The notes below the pieces were generated by a model that was not told where the DNA came from, did no database searches, and saw only the letters and a program-made list of their open reading frames with translations. Positions 1 to 9,566 of a DNA stretch of 51,761 bases are shown here, piece by piece (within the stretch, counting starts at the first letter, position 1; the number at the start of each line of letters is the position of its first letter). The stretch is from positions 1 to 51,761 of the forward strand of contig JAYQPQ010000004.1 of NCBI GenBank assembly GCA_038145405.1, written 5' to 3'. A program made the position numbers and the translations under genes. This DNA is from Porticoccaceae bacterium. GTDB taxonomy: Bacteria > Pseudomonadota > Gammaproteobacteria > Pseudomonadales > GM7GCV1.

Positions 1-46
1 GCTCAGCCACAGAGGTCCGAGCGTTATCGCTTTTACTATGGTTCAT
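1..46 (-). CDS. 5' end of a gene running off the window (MNHSKSDNARTSVAE...); possibly a paralogous TonB-dependent receptor
   Basis: ATG at 46 preceded by a GGGGG SD-like run. Same ATG-AAC start context and homologous leader/promoter as the receptor gene starting at 3481. The product is inferred from context only. Confidence 0.55.
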   Translation of the reverse strand, partial: MNHSKSDNARTSVAE

Positions 47-262
47 TTTCAACCCCCTAAGGTGAAATGAGTGGTGTTAGAGTCCATTCCTTTTTTGTAC
101 TGAAGCATTCCCGGAGGAATGCAAAGCACCAAGTCCCTTTCGGATACACCAGACGGCCGCCAGCACAGACTGACAGTGTGGATGCATCAGAAAAGAACCG
201 ATAAAACAGAAGATCGCAGGCGAGAGAGTCGCAATACGTTAGGGCGTATCGGACGTGGAGGA

Positions 263-304
263 GTGCATTGTTAAGAGGAAAAGTTTGCCCTCTTAAAAAT
301 GAAC
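263..304 (-). promoter_or_regulatory. Conserved 5'-leader hairpin, copy A
   Basis: Minus strand GTTCATTTTTAAGAGG-loop-CCTCTTAACAATGCAC forms a 16-position stem with two U.C mismatches; homologous to 3688-3726. Confidence 0.65.
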
Positions 305-355
305 TGCAGCGACGCCTTTCTTGTTTTATCCGGCTTTCTGCTTAAGCAGCATCAA

Positions 356-407
356 TGAACTAAATAGTTCAGGGGGCAATTTACCCCTCCTTTTTACGCC
401 CTGTCAA
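356..407 (-). promoter_or_regulatory. Sigma70-type promoter with a palindromic operator at the start site, copy A
   Basis: TTGACA (407-402), N18, TAAATT (383-378), N6, then the dyad TGAACTATTTAGTTCA (371-356). Same layout at 3770-3824. Confidence 0.7.
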
Positions 408-464
408 CCGCTAATGGCCAATCAGTCATCTACGGTTGGCGCACCCGCTGAGCAGGTAACGGGC

Positions 465-493
465 AAAAAAAAGCCAGCCCCTGAGGGCTGGCT
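465..493 (-). terminator. Intrinsic terminator of the TonB-dependent receptor gene
   Basis: GCCAGCCC/GGGCTGGC 8-bp stem, 4-nt loop, followed by T8 on the minus strand, ~25 nt after the stop. Confidence 0.9.
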
Positions 494-517
494 GAATCTT
501 GGGGTTCAATCTTCTTA

Positions 518-3481
518 TTAGAAGCTTTTGCTCAGTTCGACGCGAACCATGCGACCGAACAGATTGTGGACACCAGTATCCACGACACTGCTGCCATCGA
601 TCACGATGGGAGGATCCTTGTCAGTCAGGTTTTGCACGCCAAGGCTGGCGCGAATACCGGACAGCAAGCTGCCGTCATCCGGCGTCTGGTAGGCCACCGT
701 CAGATCGAAGGTCGTCCAATTATCGATTTCGACATCGCCAGAGGGATCATCCGGGTTGGTATAGCCGCCCTCGGTTTTGGCTGACAGGGAAGCATTCCAG
801 TTGTCGTAGCCCCAGGACAAACGATTGGTCATGCGCAGGGAGTTCTGCCAATCCTTGATATCCAGCACATTGAAGTACTGGCCACCCTTCTCCAGGGTGC
901 GCTCCAGGGTGAGGATTTTGGCGACGTTGGAACTGGCGCGGAAAATCCCCCAGTCGTTGGCCCAGGTGTAGGAAATCTGGGTGTCCACACCGTTCTGGTG
1001 CACCGAGCCGACGTTTTGCAGACCCACTTCAATCTCGGCAACGGCAAGGCAGTCAAAACCGTCGCTACCGTTGTAACGCGTGCCGGGATAGCGCAGGAAG
1101 TTGAGGAACTCCGGAGCATAGGTCGAGGTATCGTTCTCCACGCAAGTGGCGGGCTGCGTAAAGGTAGTGATGTAGGGTCGATAGCGTGCAAAGTTCTCCG
1201 GTGAAGTAAAGGCGCTATCCGAGTTCGGCAGGTTCTGAATGCGATCCTCGTACTCGATATCGTAGTAGGTCACTTGCAAATCCAGCCCCTCCACCTGGTA
1301 GGGTGAATATTCGACACCCACGCTCCAGTTAGTTGAAGTCTCTGGCCCTAAGGTGGGCGTACGGCCGCTGCGGCGCATGACCATGATCTCGGGATCACCC
1401 GGCGTCAGTTCACGGCCAACCGTGAGTCCGATAGCAGGATCCACATCAAACCAAGAGGCGCTCATAACTGAATTCACACCCGGATTCACCTGCTCGACCG
1501 TCGGCGCTTTAAAAGCCGTGCCATAGCTGGCGCGCAAGCTCAGGTCGTCATTGACATCCCAAACCACGCCCAAGCGCGGATTGGTGGTACCGCCAAAATC
1601 GGAGTATTCATCGTGGCGCGCCGAGAGGTTAATGGCGAAACGCTGCACGCCCGGCATCGCATTGGCATCGCCAATCAGCGGGATGTAGATTTCCCCAAAA
1701 TAGGAACCTACTTCGCGGCCGTAGGTGGTATCGCGCAGCACGTAGTCTTCCAGTCCGTTGGTCGGGTAGTAGCGTACCGTCTGGTTCAGCCACAGCCAGT
1801 GGTTCTGGTCCATATACTCGGCGCCGATAGAACCGCGCACCGTGCCCCCTGGAAGATCCATCAAGGGTCCTTCAAGACGGGTGACAAAGCCGCTTTGCCA
1901 CTGATCGCCGGCTCGGTAGGTGTCGCCGATCAGGCGCTCGCTCAGATCTTCCGGATTCTGGCCGCCCTGGATATAGGGGTTATACCACTCGGGATTTCCA
2001 CCGCGGGGATTGCCGTTTCCATCGACGCCAATTTCCAGGTAATTGCGATAGCCGACCGGCGTGCCAGCCGGGTCGTGGCGCAGGGCCGCGTTGTTACCCT
2101 CGGTACGGCAGATGTCGCAGCCCTTAGTGCTACCCCAGGACACCGAACTGGTCCACTGAAACTCACCAATATCCCAAATCAAATCCACATAGTGGTTCTG
2201 TGTGCGCGCATAGTTGCGTGCCTTGGCCGGCAGACCGTTGTCACTCATGTTGATGTTGATTGTGTAGCTCGAGCCCGCGCGACGACCTTCGAACGCCACC
2301 AGATCGGCCATGTAGTAGGGGCTGTACTCGGTGACAGTGATGGTGCGCGTGCCGAAGGTCAGATTGCGACTCTCGCGTTTGCTGACCATACCGGTATATT
2401 CCAGCCGGATATCATCGGCGACCTGGAAGCCGGCGCTGACAAAGGCGTTGCGGCGATCCGTGGCGGCCCGATACAGCGCGTAGTCGGCATCGTCCACAGT
2501 CACTACTGGAGCAGCCAGTACCTCGGCCAAGGTCGGGCGCGTAACCGGTGTGGTCAGGGTATAGACCGTAGCATCGTCCGGGTCGATATGGGTGGTGACC
2601 GTTTCACCCGTCCAGCCGGGTGCGGGATTACCGTACAGAGTGTTCCCCACGCGAATCAGGCCATTGGGGCCTGGGTAGCCATTGCCGCGAATGCTGTCAT
2701 TGCGACCGCCGTAGCGAGTCAGATCAGCACTGAGGAAAGGGCTTTCGCTCATGGGCATGGAAGTGGTGTATTCCTTGGACAAGCCAACCATGATGTTGGC
2801 GTTATCCCAGACATGGCCGGCAACGAGCTCGACCTTGCCGATGTCGTAGGGACCACTCTGACCGCTGACCTGCAGATCGAGACCTTCAAAATCGCGGCGC
2901 ATACGGAAATTCACCACGCCGGCAACGGCGTCGGAACCGTAAACCGAAGAGGCACCATCCAAAACCACTTCCACGCGCTCAATGGCGGCGAAGGGGATGG
3001 CATTGGGATCCGGCGCGATCGAAGACACGCCCTGACCCGCCATGCGGTGACCGTTGAGCAACTGCAACGACGCATTGTCGCCCAGGCCACGCAAGTTCAG
3101 GCCGCCGGCACCCGAAGTGTTGCCACCGTCGCCACTTGCTACGCCGGAATCCATCTGCGAGCCCTGCGGCAGGGTGGAGATAATTTCTGCCGCGGCCCGC
3201 ACTGGGGACTCCAGCAGATCTTCACGGGAAAGATTCAGCACCTGCGAGCCGACCGGTGCCACGCCGCGTAGGCCGGTACCGGTCGCGGTGCCCTGGACCA
3301 CGATTTCTTCAATGGATTGACTGCTTTGCACATCTTGCGCCTGCAACTGCGCTGCCGCATGGCTCAGAAGCACAGTGGCAGAAGCAAGCCATATCGCTTT
3401 TTTTAGCTTTCCCGCAGCGCCAGTTCCGAAATAGTCGGTAACCTGCGAGCTGAAAATAGCCGCATTTTTCCTAAGGTTCAT
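518..3481 (-). CDS. TonB-dependent outer-membrane receptor, substrate unknown
   Basis: Signal peptide, TonB-box-like IEEIVVQGT, plug motifs NLRGLG and IERVEVVLDGASSVYGSDAVAGVVNF, barrel motifs, C-terminal Phe. Confidence 0.95.
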   Translation of the reverse strand: MNLRKNAAIFSSQVTDYFGTGAAGKLKKAIWLASATVLLSHAAAQLQAQDVQSSQSIEEIVVQGTATGTGLRGVAPVGSQVLNLSREDLLESPVRAAAEIISTLPQGSQMDSGVASGDGGNTSGAGGLNLRGLGDNASLQLLNGHRMAGQGVSSIAPDPNAIPFAAIERVEVVLDGASSVYGSDAVAGVVNFRMRRDFEGLDLQVSGQSGPYDIGKVELVAGHVWDNANIMVGLSKEYTTSMPMSESPFLSADLTRYGGRNDSIRGNGYPGPNGLIRVGNTLYGNPAPGWTGETVTTHIDPDDATVYTLTTPVTRPTLAEVLAAPVVTVDDADYALYRAATDRRNAFVSAGFQVADDIRLEYTGMVSKRESRNLTFGTRTITVTEYSPYYMADLVAFEGRRAGSSYTININMSDNGLPAKARNYARTQNHYVDLIWDIGEFQWTSSVSWGSTKGCDICRTEGNNAALRHDPAGTPVGYRNYLEIGVDGNGNPRGGNPEWYNPYIQGGQNPEDLSERLIGDTYRAGDQWQSGFVTRLEGPLMDLPGGTVRGSIGAEYMDQNHWLWLNQTVRYYPTNGLEDYVLRDTTYGREVGSYFGEIYIPLIGDANAMPGVQRFAINLSARHDEYSDFGGTTNPRLGVVWDVNDDLSLRASYGTAFKAPTVEQVNPGVNSVMSASWFDVDPAIGLTVGRELTPGDPEIMVMRRSGRTPTLGPETSTNWSVGVEYSPYQVEGLDLQVTYYDIEYEDRIQNLPNSDSAFTSPENFARYRPYITTFTQPATCVENDTSTYAPEFLNFLRYPGTRYNGSDGFDCLAVAEIEVGLQNVGSVHQNGVDTQISYTWANDWGIFRASSNVAKILTLERTLEKGGQYFNVLDIKDWQNSLRMTNRLSWGYDNWNASLSAKTEGGYTNPDDPSGDVEIDNWTTFDLTVAYQTPDDGSLLSGIRASLGVQNLTDKDPPIVIDGSSVVDTGVHNLFGRMVRVELSKSF

Positions 3482-3687
3482 TGTTTACCCCTCTTGAAAG
3501 GTTGCTATTGGTTGGACCCAATCAAAGGAGGGTGAAAAACGATCACGCCAAAGCATGCCTATCCGGAATGCCGCACGCACGCAAACACCGACCCCCTTTG
3601 AAAGGGATCCTAGATGCAAGAGAAATAAACCAAATGAAGAGAGGCTGGCGAGTTGCAACCAGCCCGTGGCCAGTCGAACTCCGGGAA

Positions 3688-3726
3688 GTGCATTGTTAAA
3701 AAGAAAGTATCTTCTTAAAAATGAAC
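3688..3726 (-). promoter_or_regulatory. Conserved 5'-leader hairpin, copy B
   Basis: GTTCATTTTTAAGAAGA-loop-TCTTTTTAACAATGCAC; pairing is retained relative to copy A through a G-C to A-U change and a G-C to G.U change. Confidence 0.65.
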
Positions 3727-3769
3727 TCGTACGAAGCCATCCAACATTCAGCATCCCTACCCGCATCGC

Positions 3770-3824
3770 TGAACTAACTAAATAGTTCAAGCTTCAATCT
3801 ACCCCCCTAGCAAGTGGCTGTCAA
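3770..3824 (-). promoter_or_regulatory. Sigma70-type promoter with a palindromic operator, copy B
   Basis: TTGACA (3824-3819), N17, TAGATT (3801-3796), N6, then TGAACTATTTAGTTAGTTCA. Confidence 0.7.
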
Positions 3825-3850
3825 CCTGGAAAGGGTGCGAAGCTGTACTC

Positions 3851-4174
3851 CTACCATATCCCGGTATCGATCATGAAACGCAGGGCGCCGTTGCGACTGG
3901 TAACACGGAAGGTATAGCTGTGCAGGGAGACATCCTGGCCGCGCTCACCCAGCGCGGCGGTAACACGACCATCGACGGCCTGCACCAGCGATTCGAGATT
4001 GTTGACTGGAGCCGACAGCAGCAGAAAGGCGTGCTGGCGCTCGAACAGGCTGTTGCGAAAACGGAAGCGTCAATTTGCGTCGACGACGGCCAGACCCAGT
4101 GGTAATTCATTCATCGCCTGCGCAATGCGGTTTTCGGTGATCTTGTCGCCCGCAACGCCAATGATGGAGGCCAT
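3851..4174 (-). pseudogene. Small PAS-like protein interrupted by an in-frame TGA (4072-4070)
   Basis: Manual translation gives MASIIGVAGDKITENRIAQAMNELPLGLAVVDAN*RFRFRNSLFERQ...MIDTGIW*. LPLGLAVVD-x-x-x-R-F-x-F-x-N is a typical PAS N-terminal pattern; SD-like AAGGG upstream. Confidence 0.55.
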
Positions 4175-4315
4175 GTCTGTCAGCCCTTACTTAAAGCTGT
4201 TTTGATACTAATGCGGCTCAGCCTAACAGTATTAGCGGGGTGAAAGCGGCATATGCCACTAGCGGAGTGGGGCCTCAAGGCCGCTATAATGCGACCTCTT
4301 TTACGAGCGATTCCC

Positions 4316-5332
4316 ATGCTTTCTTTCCGCTCAATGCTCAAGCTGAGCATGATCCTAACAATACCTAGTCTTGTCCTGGCGCAGGAGCCTAGGCTTGTCG
4401 AAGTTCGGCCCTTGTCCGAGATCGCCAGTTATCCGCTGCGTTCAGCACCCGCCACAGTGATCAGCCTGAACCAGCCGCAAATCAGCGCCGAGATCAGTGC
4501 GCGACTGGAGTCTCTGCCGGTGAAGGTTGGAGACCGTGTTGCCGCAGGTGAAATTTTGGCACAACTGGATTGCCGTGAAACTTCCCTGTCAAGGCGATCC
4601 GCCGAGGCGCAACAACAGGTCGCGGCGGCACATCTGGATCTCGCGCGCGCGCGCCTGAATCGCGCCGAACCCCTGGTAGTGAATCAGTTGCTCTCCCAGG
4701 ACGACCTCGATTCCCGCCGCACTGAACTGCAAGCTGCTGAAGCCCAAGCGCAGGACACGCAGGCGCGTCTTGAGCTGGCCCGCCTGCAGGAGTCACGCTG
4801 CACCATTCGCGCTCCGTTCGATGCTCTGGTACTGGAACGCAGCGCCCAGTCCGGCCAGTGGCTGTCTCCCGGCACTCCGGTAATCAGCTTGCTGGATATG
4901 AGCCGCATCGAAATCAGCGCGCAGGTGTTTGTTGCCGACGCACAATTTATTGATGCCGAAACTGACCTTGCTCTCGAAGTGAACGGCCAAAACTTCGCGG
5001 TTCGACTTCGCACCCTGCTCGACGCCATCGACCCGACCACGCGCAACCGCGAGGCGCGTTTTGAATTCATGACCCAGGCCAGCCTGATTGGCGCTGCAGG
5101 CAAGGTCAGCTGGCGCGACCCTCGACCCCACGTGCCACCGCAACTTCTGCTGGAGCGCGATGGTGCGCTCGGCATTTTCCTGCTGCGGCAGAATCGAGCC
5201 AGTTTCCTGTCCCTGCCCGATGCTCAGCCAGGCCGCAACAATCCCATCGACCTTCCTCTGGATACTCTGGTCGTCGTCGAGGGCCATCTGGGCTTGCGCG
5301 ACGGCGACCCAGCCATAGCCGAGCCGCGCTAA
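4316..5332 (+). CDS. RND efflux periplasmic adaptor (membrane fusion protein)
   Basis: Lipoyl half-motifs VKVGDRVAAGEILAQLD and TIRAPFDALV around a coiled coil. TATAAT at 4285-4290 favours a start downstream of the ORF-track start (4253). Confidence 0.9.
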   Translation: MLSFRSMLKLSMILTIPSLVLAQEPRLVEVRPLSEIASYPLRSAPATVISLNQPQISAEISARLESLPVKVGDRVAAGEILAQLDCRETSLSRRSAEAQQQVAAAHLDLARARLNRAEPLVVNQLLSQDDLDSRRTELQAAEAQAQDTQARLELARLQESRCTIRAPFDALVLERSAQSGQWLSPGTPVISLLDMSRIEISAQVFVADAQFIDAETDLALEVNGQNFAVRLRTLLDAIDPTTRNREARFEFMTQASLIGAAGKVSWRDPRPHVPPQLLLERDGALGIFLLRQNRASFLSLPDAQPGRNNPIDLPLDTLVVVEGHLGLRDGDPAIAEPR

Positions 5333-5336
5333 GACT

Positions 5337-8300
5337 ATGAACTGGCTGCGGGTGTTCCTGGGCAACCACGTACTGGCAAACCTCATGTTTGCGCTGGTAC
5401 TGGTGCTTGGTATCGCTGTCTTTGCGGTGATGCCACGGGAACGCGATCCGGAGATCAACTTTAACTGGATCAATATTCTCACAATACTGCCAGGCGCATC
5501 GGCGGGCGATGTGGAGAAGCGCGTCACGGATCCTCTCGAAGATGCCATCAGTCGTGCCGTGCAGGACATCGACTTCGTTTCCAGCACATCGCGGGAGAGT
5601 GTGTCGACCATTCTGGTGCGCTTCAATCAGCTCGACGAGCGAACCTTCGACAAGCGCATGGCTGATCTGCGTCGGGAAATACAGAACGCCTACACCGATC
5701 AACTTCCGGATGAAGCAGAAGACCCCTACATTCTGGAAATTACCAGTTCCAACGGCTTTCCGACGGCCACCCTGGTAGCGCAGGGACTCGGCACCGACGA
5801 GTCCTTCCGCCGACAGGCACGCAACATCAAGGACGAACTAGAGCGCATCGACGGAGTGAACACAGCCGATGCCGTCGGCCTTTACGAACCCGAACTTCAC
5901 ATTCTCTTCTACCCTGAGCGACTCGGTGGATTGGGCATTGGGCCCGCTGATCTAGCAGACACGGTGCGCAGCTATTTTCGCGACGCCTCGGTGGGTGATC
6001 TAGCCACGGATGAAGGCAAGTGGGTGGTGCGCCTGCAAGGCACCGATGCGGATCCCGCCGTACTGGCTACCTACCCGATCGTCACCGCTCAGGGAGTCGT
6101 GCCCCTGGGCAGCCTGGCAGACATCATTACCACCACGGAAGAGCCTGAGCAGCTGGTGCGCTTCCAGGGCACACCGGCAATTTCCTTCACCATCACCAAG
6201 GACTCCAATACCAATATCCTGGATCTGCTGGACCGCATTAACCAGTACATCGAGGACAAAAACGCACTGGCCGACACCACGGGCATGCGCCTTTATCTGA
6301 TCGACGACCAGACCGTATCGACGCGCGCTGCGCTCAGCCTGATGCAAAACAACGCGCTTATCGGTCTGGTGCTGGTGCTGTTGGTAACCTGGCTGTTTCT
6401 GGGCAGCCGCATTGCCTTCTTTACCAGCCTGGGCATTCCTTTCACCCTGGCGGGTACCTTTCTTATTCTCAACTCCCTGGGCATGACGCTGAACAACTCC
6501 GTGTTACTGGGGGTTGTCATTGCGCTCGGGATGATCGTCGACGACGCCGTGGTGGTGGTCGAAGCAATTTACTACCGCTTCGAACGGGGCGTTCGCGGCA
6601 TGGGCGCCATTATCGATTCACTGAAGGAAGTCTTCGCACCTGTCACCAGTTCGGTACTGACCACGATCGCCGCTTTCCTGCCTTTAACCTTGTTGCCTGG
6701 CATTCTCGGCGACTTCATGCGTGTGATCCCGCTGACCGTCTGCGCAGCGCTGCTGGTGAGCTTGCTGGAGGCCTACTGGATGCTTCCGGTGCACATTGCC
6801 ATGGGGGAAGAAGAGCGCTCCACCGGCGGTGCTCGTCAGCCCACGCGCTGGAAATTTCTGCAGCCAGTGCAGGCTGCCTGGGCTAACTGGAGATCAGCCT
6901 GCCGCCAATGGCAGAAAACAACGCGCAGGCATCGTTGGCAAGCCATCCACTGGTTGCGCCTGAGCTACACCCGCCTTTTGTTGACTACCCTGCGCAACCC
7001 AGCCAAGGCATCTGCAGCGGTTGCTGGTGTCGTCATGGTGGCGTTGGTTGGCGTGCTGCTGGGCGGCGTCAAAGCCAATTTCTTCGCCGCCGACGCCTTC
7101 CGCATCTTTTACGTCAATCTGGAAATGCCGCGCGGCACATCGCTGGAAGAAACCATTGCCGTGGTACAGCGAGCCGAGCGCGAAGCGCTGAGTCTGCTGG
7201 AAGAGGGTGAGCTGCGCGGTAGCGTGGCCTTTGCCGGGCAAATGTTCACCCAAACCGAGGCGCTGTTCGGCGACAACATCGGCCAGGTCATGGTCAGCCT
7301 TGAACCTCGCCTGCGGGGTGGACGGGAAATGCTGGAGATCAATAATCTGGTCGAATCTTCTCTGGCCAGTTGGAATCTGCCAGGCGAACTGACTCTGATG
7401 CGGGTCGAGGATGGTCCGCCGGTTGCCAAGCCTATTAGCGTAAAGGTGCGTGGCGACAACTTCGAAGAAATTCAGGCGGCCGCAGATGCCCTGGAAGACT
7501 TCATGCGCTCTACCGGGGTATTTCAAAACATCACCCAGGACTTTCGGCCCGGCAACCCCGAACTGGTCCTGCGCCACGACGGCGAAGCCATCCAGCGCGC
7601 CGGCATCTCGCCACTCGCTGTGACGCGTACCATTCAGGCCTATGTCGATGGCGAACTGGTGTCTCAGTACCAGAATAACGGCGAGGAGGTGATGGTTAGG
7701 GTGAAGGCGCAGCAGGACAACCTGGCTGGTATCGACCAACTGCTGCGCGAGACGCTCCCGCTTCCCAGCGGACAGTCCGTGGCGCTGGGTGATTTGGTCG
7801 AAGCTACCTATACCCAAGGGCAGCAGAACATTCGTCACTACAACTTCCGTCGAACCATTACGCTGGAATCCGATATTGATGTCGAGGCGGTGAATACCGT
7901 CAGCGCCAACACCATGGTGCAGGATCATTGGCAGCAGATTCGCGAGCAGCACCCTCAAGTCAATCTGGATTTTTCCGGCGAGCTGGACGATGTCTTTGAA
8001 TCCATTGACGCCATCGTCATCTTGATGGCAGCGGGGTTAGGCTTCATCTACCTGATTCTGGGAACCCAGTTTGGCAGCTACTGGCAACCCTTCCTGATCA
8101 TATTTGGCACCCTACCCCTCGCCATCACCGGTGTTGCCCTGGGGCTGCTGATCACGCGCAACCCCTTCAGCCTTTATACGCTCTACGGCACTGTGGCGTT
8201 GATCGGCATCTCGGTGAACGCTGCCATTGTGCTGATCTCGGCGGCCAACGACCGCATCGAACAAGGCATGAGCGTGTTGCATGCGACCGTCTATGCCGCT

Positions 8301-8534
8301 CGACGACGCGTCATTCCCATCCTGATCACCTCGCTGACTACCATCGCCGGCCTGTTTTCACTCGCGGCAGGATTGGCAGGGAAATCGCTGGTCTGGGGAC
8401 CTGTCGCCACCGCGATCGTCAGCGGTCTGACTGTGTCTACCATTCTCACTCTCTTTGTCATTCCGCTGTTTTACCGCATGGCCATGGGTTACTCGCTGCG
8501 CCATCGGCAATCACCCTCGCATTACACCCATTAA
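5337..8534 (+). CDS. RND efflux permease (AcrB/CzcA superfamily)
   Basis: 1065 aa; TM4 GMIVDDAVVVVE, RRRVIPILITSLTTIAG, two large periplasmic domains. Confidence 0.95.
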   Translation: MNWLRVFLGNHVLANLMFALVLVLGIAVFAVMPRERDPEINFNWINILTILPGASAGDVEKRVTDPLEDAISRAVQDIDFVSSTSRESVSTILVRFNQLDERTFDKRMADLRREIQNAYTDQLPDEAEDPYILEITSSNGFPTATLVAQGLGTDESFRRQARNIKDELERIDGVNTADAVGLYEPELHILFYPERLGGLGIGPADLADTVRSYFRDASVGDLATDEGKWVVRLQGTDADPAVLATYPIVTAQGVVPLGSLADIITTTEEPEQLVRFQGTPAISFTITKDSNTNILDLLDRINQYIEDKNALADTTGMRLYLIDDQTVSTRAALSLMQNNALIGLVLVLLVTWLFLGSRIAFFTSLGIPFTLAGTFLILNSLGMTLNNSVLLGVVIALGMIVDDAVVVVEAIYYRFERGVRGMGAIIDSLKEVFAPVTSSVLTTIAAFLPLTLLPGILGDFMRVIPLTVCAALLVSLLEAYWMLPVHIAMGEEERSTGGARQPTRWKFLQPVQAAWANWRSACRQWQKTTRRHRWQAIHWLRLSYTRLLLTTLRNPAKASAAVAGVVMVALVGVLLGGVKANFFAADAFRIFYVNLEMPRGTSLEETIAVVQRAEREALSLLEEGELRGSVAFAGQMFTQTEALFGDNIGQVMVSLEPRLRGGREMLEINNLVESSLASWNLPGELTLMRVEDGPPVAKPISVKVRGDNFEEIQAAADALEDFMRSTGVFQNITQDFRPGNPELVLRHDGEAIQRAGISPLAVTRTIQAYVDGELVSQYQNNGEEVMVRVKAQQDNLAGIDQLLRETLPLPSGQSVALGDLVEATYTQGQQNIRHYNFRRTITLESDIDVEAVNTVSANTMVQDHWQQIREQHPQVNLDFSGELDDVFESIDAIVILMAAGLGFIYLILGTQFGSYWQPFLIIFGTLPLAITGVALGLLITRNPFSLYTLYGTVALIGISVNAAIVLISAANDRIEQGMSVLHATVYAARRRVIPILITSLTTIAGLFSLAAGLAGKSLVWGPVATAIVSGLTVSTILTLFVIPLFYRMAMGYSLRHRQSPSHYTH

Positions 8535-8566
8535 ATCCATTGCGCATGCTGGGTTATGATGAGCCC

Positions 8567-9556
8567 ATGAAAGGGCCACTGGTCGATCCGTTCAACCGCG
8601 CCATCACCTATCTGCGAATTTCGGTGACGGACCGCTGCAACTTGCGCTGCACCTACTGCATGGCGGAAGAGATGAACTTTGTCCCGCGCGAAGAGATTCT
8701 CAGCCTCGAAGAAATTGCCTGGATTGCGCGCGCCTTTGTCGAGCTCGGCGTCAGCAAAATTCGCCTGACCGGCGGCGAGCCGCTGGTGCGTCAGGGCATT
8801 CTGGATCTAAGCCGCAGCTTGGCCGGACTCAGCGGATTGCGCGAACTGGTCATGACCACCAATGCCGTGCTGTTGGAGTCCTGTGCTCAACCCTTGGCTC
8901 AGGCTGGCGTCAAACGGCTGAATATCAGTCTCGACAGCCTTGATCCGGAACGTTTTGCCCGCCTCACCCGCGTCGGCGATCTGTCTCAGGTGCTGGCCGG
9001 CATCGAAGCCGCTCGTCGGGCCGGCTTTGCCCGCATCAAGTTGAATGCCGTGATTCTACGGGGCGAGAACGACAATGAAGTCGTCGACCTGGCGCGCTTT
9101 GCTCTGGAGCACGGCATGGATATCTCTTTTATTGAAGAAATGCCGCTGGGCGAGATCGACTCCCACGAACGAGCGCTATCGCAGCAGGCGAGCCAGCAAG
9201 TGCGCGAGCGCCTAGCGCAGGCCTTCGATCTGGTAGCCAATATCGAAACCACCGGCGGTCCCTCGCGCTACTGGACGGTTTCCGGCTATGCCAACCGCAT
9301 CGGCTTAATCTCGCCTATTTCGGAAAATTTCTGTGCCGGATGCAACAGAGTGCGGCTGACTCCTGAAGGCCAGTTGTTGCTGTGTCTTGGCAACGAGCAT
9401 GCGGTCGACCTGCGCTCGGTGGTGCGGCACCACCCCGGCGATATGACGCTGTTGAAAGCGCGCATTGTCGAGGCGATTGGCATCAAGCCGGAACGCCACT
9501 ACTTCAATCCGCGGGAAACCCGCATTCTGCGCTTTATGAACGCTACCGGGGGCTGA
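8567..9556 (+). CDS. moaA: GTP 3',8-cyclase (molybdenum cofactor biosynthesis)
   Basis: YLRISVTDRCNLRCTYCM radical-SAM motif, second cluster FCAGCNRVRL...C, C-terminal GG. Confidence 0.96.
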   Translation: MKGPLVDPFNRAITYLRISVTDRCNLRCTYCMAEEMNFVPREEILSLEEIAWIARAFVELGVSKIRLTGGEPLVRQGILDLSRSLAGLSGLRELVMTTNAVLLESCAQPLAQAGVKRLNISLDSLDPERFARLTRVGDLSQVLAGIEAARRAGFARIKLNAVILRGENDNEVVDLARFALEHGMDISFIEEMPLGEIDSHERALSQQASQQVRERLAQAFDLVANIETTGGPSRYWTVSGYANRIGLISPISENFCAGCNRVRLTPEGQLLLCLGNEHAVDLRSVVRHHPGDMTLLKARIVEAIGIKPERHYFNPRETRILRFMNATGG

Positions 9557-9566
9557 TCCGCACGTC

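Noticed and set aside
1613-3271. 552-aa plus-strand ORF, and similar long antisense ORFs at 6894-7958, 10905-11954, 40271-41422 and 44924-45874
   Set aside because: These are shadow frames opposite well-supported genes in GC-rich DNA and have no recognisable motifs.
3482-3789. Cobalamin or TPP riboswitch in the receptor leader
   Set aside because: No B12-box (GCCACTG...GGGAAG) and no TPP core (CTGAGA...ACCTG) is visible on the coding strand.
4070-4072. Selenocysteine or genetic-code reassignment explaining the in-frame TGA here and the TAG at 51531
   Set aside because: TGA and TAG end many conserved genes at the expected positions (moaA, htpX, pykA, pdxA, apaG). The site is not a Cys-equivalent position and no SECIS-like hairpin is evident.
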